DNA from: Planctomycetota bacterium
GTDB taxonomy: Bacteria; Planctomycetota; PLA2; JAEUHO01
Direction of reading: 5' to 3'
Assembly (NCBI GenBank): GCA_965223505.1
Contig: CBDCWP010000012.1
Coordinates: 1-64,000, forward strand
DNA: 64,000 nucleotides
Part shown: piece after piece, positions 40,844 to 50,445 of the stretch
Position numbering within the stretch: the first letter of the stretch is position 1
Layout: each line of letters opens with the position of its first letter
Notes under the pieces: model-generated
The model's input: the letters and a program-made list of their open reading frames with translations, nothing else
The model's database searches: none
What the model was told of the DNA's origin: nothing
Position numbers and translations under genes: made by a program

Positions 40844-41119
40844 ATGGCGGCACGGGACGACATTCGACCGGAGCGGCCGGAGCGGCCGACCTACGCCGAC
40901 GAGGTGCGCGCCCAGCTGCGCGTGCGCTGCGTGTACCTGATGACCAAGGAAGCGGCCGTCGGCATTCCGTCGGATCACGAGCAGGCGTTCGAGGCCGACG
41001 GGCCGATCTGGTGGTGCGAGCGCACGTACGAAGCCATGGGCCCCGACGGTTGCGCGGCCGACGAGACGTGCCACGCGCCGTGCGACCGGACCTGCTTCGA
41101 GCCCCCGGTGCGGCCGTAG
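40844..41119 (+). CDS. Small Cys-rich hypothetical protein
   Basis: GGAGG RBS; 91 aa; C..L.TK...WWC..T...GPDG...C...C...C. Confidence 0.7.
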   Translation: MAARDDIRPERPERPTYADEVRAQLRVRCVYLMTKEAAVGIPSDHEQAFEADGPIWWCERTYEAMGPDGCAADETCHAPCDRTCFEPPVRP

Positions 41120-41123
41120 TTCC

Positions 41124-42509
41124 TTGCAGCGTTCGCACTGGCTCTTGCTGGGTCTGCTCGCGGCGGCCGCCGTCGGGATTCCTCTTGCGCTGACGTCGGG
41201 GCTCTTCGACGAGGACCCGTTCGACGGCGGCGTGCCGGACGACCCCGAGACGTCGGCCGGCCTCATCGGTCGCGGCGCTCCGGGGCAGCTCCCGCAGGAG
41301 CTCCGGGGGCTGGGGATCCCCGACGAGCTCGACGTCGGCGACCGCAACGCCGTTCTCGAGCTGGTGTTGGAGAGCCTCGAGCAGGATCCGGTCAACTGGG
41401 CGCGCGTGGCGCAGCTGGTGGGGCAGCTCGAGCCCCCGATCGAAGATCCACTGCGCGGCCGGTTGCTGGCCGAGGTCCGCGCGGGCAACCCGTCCGTGCG
41501 GCGGGTCTTCGAGCTGGTCCGTGACCCGACGTTCGCAGACGACCTGCTCGCGATGCTCAAGGGGCGCGACTTCGAGCCGGGGGCGCGAGAGGTGTTGCTG
41601 CAAGCGCTTGCGCGCCTGCCCGGCGCCGACGCGGACGCCATCGTCTCGGCCCTCGAGGTCTTTCTCGTCGGCGACACGACCCAGGATCAGGACGTGCTGC
41701 GCGCCATCGTCAAGCGCGGCAGCCCCGCGTCGGCCCGCGCGATTCTCGCGTACACGTTGCGCAGCCTGAACCCGATGCCGTTGCGCGTGGTGCTGGGCCA
41801 AGCCGTGAAGCACGCCGACGCCGAGGGGCGCGCCGAGATTCGCGCGGCGCTGGGCCAACCGCACGAGCGGCACGTCATGGTCACGCTCATCGACTGCATC
41901 GGCGCGCTGGGCGAGGACGATCTCGTGCGGCCGTTGCTTGCCCTCGATCGCGAGGGCAGCCATCCACGCGTTCGACGCGCCGTCTACGGCGCGTTGAGCC
42001 GCATCGGGACCGACGGCGCGGTCGAGCGCCTCATCGAGGCCGGCGCCGCGCAGGACGACCGCGGCGGGGACGCGCGCCGCGCGCTGGAGCGCATGTCCGC
42101 CGCCGACGACGCGGCGCGCAAACGCATGATGGACGCCTACGAGGAGATCGACGACCCCGTTCGACGCATCGGCATCCTGCGCGCGCTGACCGAGATGGAG
42201 CACGAGCCGGTCATCCCGCTGCTCGCCGAAGCGCTCGACAGCGAGGACCCCCGGCTTCGGCGTGCCGGCGTCCACGGGCTGCGCACCTTCGGCGAGCGGG
42301 CGCGGCCGCATGTTGGCAAGATGTTCGCCCTTTGGGGGGCCGCGGACAAGGGCACGCGCGCGGCCATCGTCGGCACGCTGGCGTCGGCGGGCGGCAGCGA
42401 GGCCCGCCGCGCACTGGCGTCGCTCCAGGATGCGCCCGAGCTCACCGATCGGATTCGGTCGCTCGTCGCGCAGGCACTGCGGTCGTTCGACGATGACAGC
42501 GGCAATTAG
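41124..42509 (+). CDS. HEAT-repeat protein with an N-terminal membrane anchor
   Basis: Repeated VRRA..ALSRIG / LRRAGVHGL helical pairs. Confidence 0.75.
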   Translation: MQRSHWLLLGLLAAAAVGIPLALTSGLFDEDPFDGGVPDDPETSAGLIGRGAPGQLPQELRGLGIPDELDVGDRNAVLELVLESLEQDPVNWARVAQLVGQLEPPIEDPLRGRLLAEVRAGNPSVRRVFELVRDPTFADDLLAMLKGRDFEPGAREVLLQALARLPGADADAIVSALEVFLVGDTTQDQDVLRAIVKRGSPASARAILAYTLRSLNPMPLRVVLGQAVKHADAEGRAEIRAALGQPHERHVMVTLIDCIGALGEDDLVRPLLALDREGSHPRVRRAVYGALSRIGTDGAVERLIEAGAAQDDRGGDARRALERMSAADDAARKRMMDAYEEIDDPVRRIGILRALTEMEHEPVIPLLAEALDSEDPRLRRAGVHGLRTFGERARPHVGKMFALWGAADKGTRAAIVGTLASAGGSEARRALASLQDAPELTDRIRSLVAQALRSFDDDSGN

Positions 42510-42635
42510 TACCGCCTTGCGCAGAAATACGCGGTTTGGCTTCGCGCTTGTGTCACAGGACGCAGCGCCCTAAGGTCTGGCTCCGGCGTGGAGAGGACGG
42601 GCTCTGCGTGTGTGCCCCTTTCAAAGGAGGTGTGT

Positions 42636-44024
42636 GTGAATCGCGTACGCATAACTTGTGTCGCGGGCGCGCTGGCGCTTTGCATTCTGGTGATTCCAGC
42701 AATCACGCAAGCCAGCACCCGGACCGGGGGCGACCTCGGCAGCCGAATCGCCTTGCTCGAGCAGCAGACGGCAACGTTGAACACGTTGTTGGCCAACGTC
42801 ATGCGCTCCGGCAACGACCTGATCATCACGCAAGGGCTGGATGTGGAAGGCGCCGGCAACCTCGGCCCGAACGGACAGCACATCGCCTGCTTCGAGAACA
42901 CGAATGCGGGCGCCGCCGACGGCGTGGCGATCAAGGTCGACGGAGCGCCGCTATCGAGCGACAACAACTTCTTCACCTTCTACAACGACGACGACGTCGT
43001 CTGCGGGCGCATCGAGGGCTTCTCGCTGCTCGAGGGCGACCCGTTCTCGAACTTCCCGTCGGTTCCGAGCATCGGCATCAGCGACTTCTTCTCATTCTGT
43101 CCGAACTTCATCACGATCACCGGCGGATCCCTGCCGAGCATCAGCGGCGGCAGCCTGCCGAGCTTCGACTTCAGCATCTCGGATCCGGGCTTCAGTGGCG
43201 GATCGTGGCCGACGGTCAGCATCGGCAGCTTCCCGTCGATCGACTTCAAGTCGCCGATCCAGATCACCAACCCCCTCGACGCCGCCGGTGACGTCGTCAC
43301 CTGGCTCGCCGACGTGATCTGCTGGGCGTTCGAGAACGACCTACAGTCCCTCATCCAGACGGATCCCTTCGGGCTGGCGCTTGCGCCGCTCATTCTGACG
43401 GAGTCCACGCTCTGCAAGAACGGGACGACCGGCGAAGGCGGCGTCACGTACGGGTCGACCGGCGCCGACTACGCCGAGTGGCTCGAGAAGGCCGATCCGC
43501 GGGAGACCTTCCTTCCGGGCCAGGTCGTCGGCGTGCTCGCCGGGAAGATCAGCAAGAAGACGGACGGCGCGGACCAGATCATGGCCGTCTCGCAGATCCC
43601 CGCGGTCGTCGGCAACATCCCCCAGCCGCACGAGGCCGAGCGCTTCGAGAAGGTCGGCTTCATGGGACAGGTGGCCGTGCTGGTCCGCGGGAAGGTGACG
43701 GCCGGCGACTACATCATCCCGTCGGGACGCAACGACGGCATCGGCATCGCCCTGCCGGCAAAGGAGCTGCGCGCCAAGCATCTGACGCAGATTCTCGGGC
43801 GCGCCTGGTCCGACAGCACGTCGGAGAGTATTTCCTCCGTCACGGTCGCCATCGGCGTGAAGACGAACGCCGGCGTGGAGATCTGCGCGCGGCAGCAAGA
43901 GCGCATCGACCGGCTGCGTGAGGCCATCGAGGCTTTGCAAGCGCCGTCCCAGGCGCCCGCCGCTCCCGAGGAGAACGCCGCCCATCTCAGTGCGGGTGCT
44001 CGCAAGGAAGGGGGTGCGCGATGA
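42636..44024 (+). CDS. Secreted fibre-like protein with a C-terminal Peptidase_G2-like autoproteolytic chaperone domain, paralog 1
   Basis: AAGGAGG RBS then GTG; signal peptide; N-terminal heptads; GADYAEWLE...VGFMGQV..RGKV..GDYI..SG; C-terminal coiled coil. Confidence 0.75.
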   Translation: MNRVRITCVAGALALCILVIPAITQASTRTGGDLGSRIALLEQQTATLNTLLANVMRSGNDLIITQGLDVEGAGNLGPNGQHIACFENTNAGAADGVAIKVDGAPLSSDNNFFTFYNDDDVVCGRIEGFSLLEGDPFSNFPSVPSIGISDFFSFCPNFITITGGSLPSISGGSLPSFDFSISDPGFSGGSWPTVSIGSFPSIDFKSPIQITNPLDAAGDVVTWLADVICWAFENDLQSLIQTDPFGLALAPLILTESTLCKNGTTGEGGVTYGSTGADYAEWLEKADPRETFLPGQVVGVLAGKISKKTDGADQIMAVSQIPAVVGNIPQPHEAERFEKVGFMGQVAVLVRGKVTAGDYIIPSGRNDGIGIALPAKELRAKHLTQILGRAWSDSTSESISSVTVAIGVKTNAGVEICARQQERIDRLREAIEALQAPSQAPAAPEENAAHLSAGARKEGGAR

Positions 44025-45379
44025 AGGCCTCCAAGCTCCTGATCGCCGTCGCCTGCATCGCGCTCGTCGTGGCGGCGGTGCCCAAGAACTCGGATGCGCG
44101 CACGCGCACGGGGTCGGACCTGGGCTCTCGCGTCGCGGCGCTCGAGGCGACCATCGGCGCGCTCAACACGCTGCTCGAGAACGTCTCGCGGTCGGGCAAC
44201 GACCTGATCATCAACAGCGGTCTAACCGTCGAGGGCCCGGGCGACCTCGGTCCGACCGGTTCTCACATCGTTCGCTTCCGCAACACGGACGGCGGCGGCG
44301 AGGACGGCATCGCCGTCAAGATCAACCGTGCGCCGTGCAACTCGGGCAACAACTTCTGTACCTTCTACAACGACGACGACTACGTCTGCGGCCGCGTAGA
44401 GGGCTTCGCGCTGCTCGAGGGCGACCCCGCGACGAGCTTCCCGTCGGTGCCCAGCATCGGTCTCGACGACTTCTTCGTCTTCTGCCCGAATTTCATCAGC
44501 GTCACCGGCGGCAGGCTGCCCGGCCTGAGCGGTGGCCGGCTGCCGAGCTTCTCCTGTGACATCAGCATCGACCCGCCTTCGATCTCGTGCGACGTCGACT
44601 TCGGCGCGCTGCCGACGCTGGACCCGGGTGCGTTCCCGTCCATCGACTTCAAGGCGCCGCTCTCCATCACGAACCCGCTGGACGCCGGCGGCGACATCAT
44701 TCAGTGGCTTGCCGACGTGATTTGCTGGTGCTTCGAGAACGACCTCGAGTCGCTCATCCAGACCGATCCGTTCGGGCTGGCGCTTGCGCCGTTGATCTTG
44801 GCGGAGTCCACACTCTGCAAGAACGGCACGACCGGGGAAGGCGGCGTGACGTACGGTTCGACCGGCGCCGACTACGCCGAGTGGCTCGAGAAGCAGAACC
44901 CGTCCGACCGGTTCGTACCGGGGCAGGTCGTCGGTGTGCACCGCGGCAAGATCAGCAAGAAGACCGACGGCGCCGAGAAGGTCATGCCGATCTCGCTTGC
45001 GCCGATCGTCGTTGGCAACATGCCGCCCAAGGAGCGCGAGTCGGCTTATGCGAAGGTCGGCTTCATGGGGCAGGTGCCCGTCTACGTGCGCGGCAAGGTC
45101 CGCAAGGGCGACTACGTTGTCGCTTCGGGCAAGAACGACGGCATCGCCATCGGTGTGTCGCCCGAGGCGCTCGAGCTCGTCCACGTATCGCAGATCATCG
45201 GTCGCGCCTGGTCCGCGTCCGACGTCGACGGCGTCTCGGCCGTCAACGTCGCGATCGGGTTGAAGACCAGCGCGTGCGTCGACATCTGCAAACGACAGGA
45301 AGCCGAGATCGACGAGCTGGAGGAGGCGCTCGATGCGCTGCTTGATGCGCGCCATGGCGCGAAGGGAGGTGCGCGATGA
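44021..45379 (+). CDS. Secreted fibre-like protein with a Peptidase_G2-like domain, paralog 2
   Basis: ATGA overlap with paralog 1; same architecture. Confidence 0.75.
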   Translation: MKASKLLIAVACIALVVAAVPKNSDARTRTGSDLGSRVAALEATIGALNTLLENVSRSGNDLIINSGLTVEGPGDLGPTGSHIVRFRNTDGGGEDGIAVKINRAPCNSGNNFCTFYNDDDYVCGRVEGFALLEGDPATSFPSVPSIGLDDFFVFCPNFISVTGGRLPGLSGGRLPSFSCDISIDPPSISCDVDFGALPTLDPGAFPSIDFKAPLSITNPLDAGGDIIQWLADVICWCFENDLESLIQTDPFGLALAPLILAESTLCKNGTTGEGGVTYGSTGADYAEWLEKQNPSDRFVPGQVVGVHRGKISKKTDGAEKVMPISLAPIVVGNMPPKERESAYAKVGFMGQVPVYVRGKVRKGDYVVASGKNDGIAIGVSPEALELVHVSQIIGRAWSASDVDGVSAVNVAIGLKTSACVDICKRQEAEIDELEEALDALLDARHGAKGGAR

Positions 45380-46650
45380 AGCTCCGCGTCAAGATCGGGA
45401 TCGGCATCTTCGCGCTGGCACTTCTGGTGCTGGCCATGCCGTCGACGTCGCACGCCCGCACCCGTACCGGCACCGATCTCGGCACCCGCGTGGCGCGGCT
45501 CGAGGAACAGACGGCGCGGATCAACGCGCTGTTGGAGAACCTCTCCATCCAGGGCAACAACCTGCGCTTGGCCAGCGGCCTCAACGTCAACGGCGCCGGC
45601 GCGGTCGGGCCGAACTCGGCGCACATCGTGTGCTTCGAGAACACCGACGGCGGCAGCGAGGACGGCGTGGCGATCAAGATCGATCGCGCTCCGTGCAGCT
45701 CCGACAACAACTTCCTGACCTTCTACAACGACGACGACTACGTCTGTGGCCGCGTCGAGGGCTTCTCGCTGCTCGACGGCGATCCGGCGTCGACGTTCCC
45801 GTCGTTGCCGAGCATTGGTCTGGACGACTTCTTTTCGTTCTGCCCGAACTTCATCTCGATCACCGGGGGCCAGCTCCCGAGCTTCGATCCGGGGAGCTTC
45901 CCCTCGTCGCTGCCGAGCCTCGATCCAGGAGCATTCCCGTCGATCGACTTCAAGTCGCCGCTCACGATCACGAACCCCTTGGATGCGGGCGGGGACATCG
46001 TGAGCTGGCTTGCGGACGTGATCTGCTGGGCGTTCGAGAACGACTTCCAGTCGGTTATTCAGGGCGACCCGTTCGGGATCGCGCTCGCCGCTCTGATCCT
46101 CGTCGAGGCGACGCTCTGTAAGAACGGCCCGTTCGGCGGCGTCACCTACGGATCGACGGGCGCCGACTACGCCGAGTGGTTGGAGAAGCTCCATCCGTCC
46201 GAGCGGTTCCTGCCCGGGCAGATCGTCGGCGTGCACGGCGGCAAGATCAGCAAGAAGACCGAAGGCGCGGAGCAGGTCATGGCGATCTCGCTGGCGCCCG
46301 CGGTCATCGGGAACGTTCCGGCGAAGCAGGACGAGGCGCTCTACGAGCGCGTGGGCTTCATGGGGCAGGTCCCGGTGTACGTCCAAGGCAAGGTCAAGGC
46401 GGGTGACTACATCATTCCGTCCGGCCGCGGCGACGGCATCGGTGTCGCGGTCTCGCCCGATGAGCTCGACCTGAAGGACGTGGCGCACATCCTGGGCCGT
46501 GCGTGGTCCGAGAGCAGCAGCGACGGCGTCGCCTCGGTCAACGTCGGCATCGGGCTCGACACGAACGAGCTGACCGGCGTGTTCGAGAAGAACGCCGATC
46601 GACTGGATCGACTCGAGGAGAAGCTCCAGCTTCTTCGCGAGCGGAAGTAA
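45376..46650 (+). CDS. Secreted fibre-like protein with a Peptidase_G2-like domain, paralog 3
   Basis: ATGA overlap with paralog 2; same architecture. Confidence 0.75.
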   Translation: MKLRVKIGIGIFALALLVLAMPSTSHARTRTGTDLGTRVARLEEQTARINALLENLSIQGNNLRLASGLNVNGAGAVGPNSAHIVCFENTDGGSEDGVAIKIDRAPCSSDNNFLTFYNDDDYVCGRVEGFSLLDGDPASTFPSLPSIGLDDFFSFCPNFISITGGQLPSFDPGSFPSSLPSLDPGAFPSIDFKSPLTITNPLDAGGDIVSWLADVICWAFENDFQSVIQGDPFGIALAALILVEATLCKNGPFGGVTYGSTGADYAEWLEKLHPSERFLPGQIVGVHGGKISKKTEGAEQVMAISLAPAVIGNVPAKQDEALYERVGFMGQVPVYVQGKVKAGDYIIPSGRGDGIGVAVSPDELDLKDVAHILGRAWSESSSDGVASVNVGIGLDTNELTGVFEKNADRLDRLEEKLQLLRERK

Positions 46651-46694
46651 ACGTGGGGGCGGCGTGGGCCGCTCGCACGAGCTGAAGGCCGATT

Positions 46695-46724
46695 GCGGCT
46701 CGCCGACCAACGGCGGGCCGCTTT
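46695..46724 (+). terminator. Possible weak terminator or stabilising hairpin
   Basis: GCGGCTCGCCG-ACCAA-CGGCGGGCCGC followed by TTT. Confidence 0.45.
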
Positions 46725-46766
46725 CGTGTCCAAACAGTGCGAGCGTGCTACGGGAGCGAGACAAGC

Positions 46767-48932
46767 ATGGACGTCGAGTCGTCTGAGACCTCGAAGGAGC
46801 AAGCGCCGTCCACCGACGCGCTGTTCACTCCGATCGATGCCGCGAGCCTCGGTTTCTTCCGCTTCGGCTTCGGCGTCATCATGCTCGTGGAGATGCTCCA
46901 CTACATCCTCGACGGATTGGTGCAGAGCCTGTACGTCGACGCGACGTTTCACTTCAAGTTCTACGGGTTCGGCTGGGTCGAGGCGCTGCCCGAGGCCGGG
47001 ATGTTCGCCCTGTTCTGGTCGCTGGTGGTTCTGGCGCTTCTGATCGCGGTCGGCCTCTTCTACCGCGTATCGATCTTCCTGTTCGGCCTCGGATTCACAT
47101 ACGTCTTCCTCTTGGACAAGACGTACTACCTCAACCACTTCTATCTCATCAGCCTGCTCTGCCTGATCCTCGTGTTCGTCCCCGCCGACCGGGCGTTTTC
47201 GCTCCGGCGGCTGCGCAAGCCCGATACGCCGCGCACGCTGCCGGTCTGGTGCCTCTGGTTGCTGCGATTCCAGCTCGGGCTGGTGTACTTCCTCGCGGGT
47301 GCCGCGAAGCTCAACGCCGACTGGTTGCGTGGCGAGCCGATGCGCTCGATGGCGTACGCCGGCGAGTCGATCCTCTCGCCGGGCTTTCCCGCTTGGGCGC
47401 AGAACGACGTCGTCGTGTACATCGGCGCGTACGGCGGACTGCTGTTCGACCTGTTCGTCACGCCGTTCCTCCTGTGGCGCAAGACACGGATGATCGCCTT
47501 CTTGTTCGCTTGTGCGTTCCACTTGGGCAACTTCTTCGTCTTCCGCCTGCCGATCGGCATCTTCCCCTGGTACATGATCGTGGCGACGACGCTGTTCTTC
47601 GACCCGGACTGGCCACGCCAGGTAATCGGGTGGTGGCGCCGCCGGCGAGGCCTGACGGGGCCGGAACCCGTCGTCACCGATCCGACGCCCGTCGTCCCCT
47701 CGCCGCTTCGACGCAAGCTCATCCTCGGTCTCGGCGGTCTTTACATCGTCGTTCAGATCCTGCTCCCGCTGCGGCACAACCTGTATCCCGGCAATCCCTC
47801 CTGGACCAACGAGGGCAACGACTTCGCATGGCGCATGATGATCTTCGCGAAGGACCCCGAGGCGCGCTTCTATGCGACCGACCCCGACACAGGAAAGGTC
47901 TGGCAGATCGACGCCGAGGAGTACCTGACGCCGTATCAGGCACTGATCATGCCGCTGCGACCGGACATGATCCTGCAGTTCTGCCACCACGCGGCGAACG
48001 ATCTACGGGCCAAGGGACATGAACGCGTCGAGATTCGCGGCTACGTGAAGGCGACATTGAACGGCCGGCGGCCGCAGCTGCTCATCAACCCCTTCGTCGA
48101 TCTTGCGGCGGAGCCGCGATCGCTTGCGCACAAGCCGTGGATTCAGCCGTTGACCGTTCCGTTCGAGGAACGGCAGTTCGTGAGCCCCGATCCGAAGATG
48201 CGTTCGGGGTGGGCCGCATTCGAGCCCGGTGCCTGGATCCTGGCAGACGAGCGTCTGTCGCTGGCCGGCAAGACCGCCAGCTTCCGGCGCTTGCGCACCC
48301 TCCAGCTTCGTGACCAAAAGCGCTACATCCGTACCGAGAACATCTCGAAGATCCCGCTCGACGCCGGCGGCGACATCGTTCTTCCTGTCACGCCGGGTGC
48401 GTTGCCGGAGGATCTCGACATGCGCGTCCAGACCGTGGACCACGAGACGCTCGAGATCGACGGCGTCAAGGTCGCGTGCAAGGTGACCGCGTACACGATG
48501 TCGAACAGCGACGACCCCTGGCAGGCGCGATTGGTCCTGTGGACGACGGACACGTTTCGGGTCCCCTATCGCGAGGTGCCGGACGTTCAGCCGAGGCTGT
48601 TGAGGCGCATGGCCATGATGCCGAACGTCGTGAAGTTGAAGTACGTCGTGATGGACCAGATGAGCCGCCGCGAGGGCATCTACGAGGTTCAGGTCGAGGC
48701 GTTGCAGGAGTCGTTTTCGCTCGGCGAACGCACGCTCGAATGCGTACGCGAGTCGGCACGCATCGCGCGACGCGGCCAGGGCGGCGAGGTCCTGGCGAAG
48801 ATGGAGCGCTGGCTGTCGACCGAGGTTCCCAACCACATCGTCAAGGCGACCGTGAACACGGCGCAGCCCAAGCGCACCACCGAGTGGGGCTTCTCGATCG
48901 TGAAGTTCAGCGGCCGCGCACAGAACCCCTGA
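46767..48932 (+). CDS. HTTM-domain protein, vitamin K-dependent gamma-glutamyl carboxylase homologue with an extra C-terminal domain
   Basis: DAASLGFFRFGFG, YLNHFYL, AKLNADWLRG, IGIFP, FAWRMM, PDMILQF.H, LNGR..Q..I.P.VDL, PWIQPL. Confidence 0.85.
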   Translation: MDVESSETSKEQAPSTDALFTPIDAASLGFFRFGFGVIMLVEMLHYILDGLVQSLYVDATFHFKFYGFGWVEALPEAGMFALFWSLVVLALLIAVGLFYRVSIFLFGLGFTYVFLLDKTYYLNHFYLISLLCLILVFVPADRAFSLRRLRKPDTPRTLPVWCLWLLRFQLGLVYFLAGAAKLNADWLRGEPMRSMAYAGESILSPGFPAWAQNDVVVYIGAYGGLLFDLFVTPFLLWRKTRMIAFLFACAFHLGNFFVFRLPIGIFPWYMIVATTLFFDPDWPRQVIGWWRRRRGLTGPEPVVTDPTPVVPSPLRRKLILGLGGLYIVVQILLPLRHNLYPGNPSWTNEGNDFAWRMMIFAKDPEARFYATDPDTGKVWQIDAEEYLTPYQALIMPLRPDMILQFCHHAANDLRAKGHERVEIRGYVKATLNGRRPQLLINPFVDLAAEPRSLAHKPWIQPLTVPFEERQFVSPDPKMRSGWAAFEPGAWILADERLSLAGKTASFRRLRTLQLRDQKRYIRTENISKIPLDAGGDIVLPVTPGALPEDLDMRVQTVDHETLEIDGVKVACKVTAYTMSNSDDPWQARLVLWTTDTFRVPYREVPDVQPRLLRRMAMMPNVVKLKYVVMDQMSRREGIYEVQVEALQESFSLGERTLECVRESARIARRGQGGEVLAKMERWLSTEVPNHIVKATVNTAQPKRTTEWGFSIVKFSGRAQNP

Positions 48933-48957
48933 TCCGATCGTGTACGGTACGCCCGTC

Positions 48958-49914
48958 ATGAAGCGTGCCACCGTCCTCATCCTCGGTCTGCTCACCGCGT
49001 GCGGCGAGGAGCCCGCTCCCAAGCCGTTGCCGGACGACCCCTATGTGCTCGTGCTCGGCACCGCGCAGGACGGCGGCTTCCCCCAGATCGGCGCGGACCA
49101 CGCACTCGCGCGCGCCGCGCGCAGAGACACGACGCTTCGACGGTTCGTCGCATCGCTGCTGATCGTCGATCCGCGCAGCGGCAAGCGTTGGTTGATCGAC
49201 GCGACGCCGGACCTGCGCGAACAGGTCGAGCTGGCGCGCGGTCATCCGCCGAACCGCAAGCTGCCCGGCCCCCGGCCGCCCTTGTTCGAGGGCATCTTCC
49301 TCACGCACGCGCACATGGGGCACTACACGGGCTTGATCCACCTGGGCCGCGAGGCGTACGGGGCGAAGGACATGCCGGTGATCGCGTCCGACGAGATGGC
49401 GACCTTCCTCGAGAACAACGGTCCCTGGAGCCTTCTGGTCGAGCTGAAGAACATCCAGCTGCGCACGCTTCGCGCCGGCGAGGCGGTGCCGCTGGCCGAC
49501 GACCTGAGCGTGTTGGCGATCGAGGTGCCGCATCGTTCGGAGTACACGGGCACGTTCGGGTTCGTGATCAAGGGACCGTCGAAGTCGTTGCTCTACATTC
49601 CGGACATCGACAAGTGGGAGAAGTGGACGCGCGAGATCGAGGACGAGATCGCCGCCGTCGACTACGCGCTACTGGACGGGACGTTCTTCGAGAACGGAGA
49701 GATCCCCGGGCGCGACATGTCGTTGATTCCGCATCCGTTCATCGAAGAGTCGTTGCGGCGGTTCGCGCCGCTGCCGGCGACGGAGCGGTCGAAGGTGTTC
49801 TTCACGCACCTGAACCACACGAACCCCGCGTCGGATCCGAACGGCGCTGCGCAGCGCAAGGTGAAGGCCGCGGGGTGCGCCGTGGCGGCCGACGGGCAGG
49901 TGTTCGGGCTGTGA
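48958..49914 (+). CDS. PqqB-like metallo-beta-lactamase-fold hydrolase (lipoprotein)
   Basis: VLGTAQDGGFPQ, DATPD, THAHMGH, LDGTFF, HLNHTNP; lipobox LTAC. Confidence 0.85.
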   Translation: MKRATVLILGLLTACGEEPAPKPLPDDPYVLVLGTAQDGGFPQIGADHALARAARRDTTLRRFVASLLIVDPRSGKRWLIDATPDLREQVELARGHPPNRKLPGPRPPLFEGIFLTHAHMGHYTGLIHLGREAYGAKDMPVIASDEMATFLENNGPWSLLVELKNIQLRTLRAGEAVPLADDLSVLAIEVPHRSEYTGTFGFVIKGPSKSLLYIPDIDKWEKWTREIEDEIAAVDYALLDGTFFENGEIPGRDMSLIPHPFIEESLRRFAPLPATERSKVFFTHLNHTNPASDPNGAAQRKVKAAGCAVAADGQVFGL

Positions 49915-49932
49915 CGCCGGCGGGTCCGGGGC

Positions 49933-50445
49933 CTATCGCGCCATGCCGGCCAGCGCCGAAGGCAGATCGTGATGCCGGCGCCACGACGCCAGCTGCCCCA
50001 GGTGCATGTTCGCGTGGGCCACCAGCAGGAAGACGAGGTAGTCCGCCATCGTCGGCAGCGCGCCGTCGAAGCGCCATTCGACCGGCGCCTCGAGCGCCTC
50101 CGCCGACAAACCGCGAATCGCCTCGGCCAGGCGCGCCTGCTGGCGCTCCATCTCCTTCAGCAGCGCGGCTGCCGTCGGGTACTTGGCGGGGTCCGGATCG
50201 GGCACGCGTGGATCGCCGGGACCGTTGCGCTCGAAGAGGTCGCGCCAGCCGTCGGGCAGGTCGCGTTCGAGGCCCAGCTCGGCGGCGACGAACCCGAGGC
50301 CCGTGACGATGTGGCCGAGCGTCCAGGCCGGGTGGTTCTCCAACCCCTTCGGGCCGGGCCGGCCCCACAGGGTGTCGGGAACGTCCGCGACCAGCGCGCG
50401 CGCGTACGCGAGGTTCCAGTCCATCTGGTGCAGCACGTGTTCCAT
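49933..50445 (-). CDS. DinB/YfiT family protein
   Basis: NHPAWTLGH...HANMHLGQL; coupled to the desaturase stop codon. Confidence 0.85.
   Translation of the reverse strand: MEHVLHQMDWNLAYARALVADVPDTLWGRPGPKGLENHPAWTLGHIVTGLGFVAAELGLERDLPDGWRDLFERNGPGDPRVPDPDPAKYPTAAALLKEMERQQARLAEAIRGLSAEALEAPVEWRFDGALPTMADYLVFLLVAHANMHLGQLASWRRHHDLPSALAGMAR

Noticed and set aside
48958..49914. PQQ biosynthesis operon
   Set aside because: Only a PqqB-like hydrolase is present; pqqA/C/D/E are absent.
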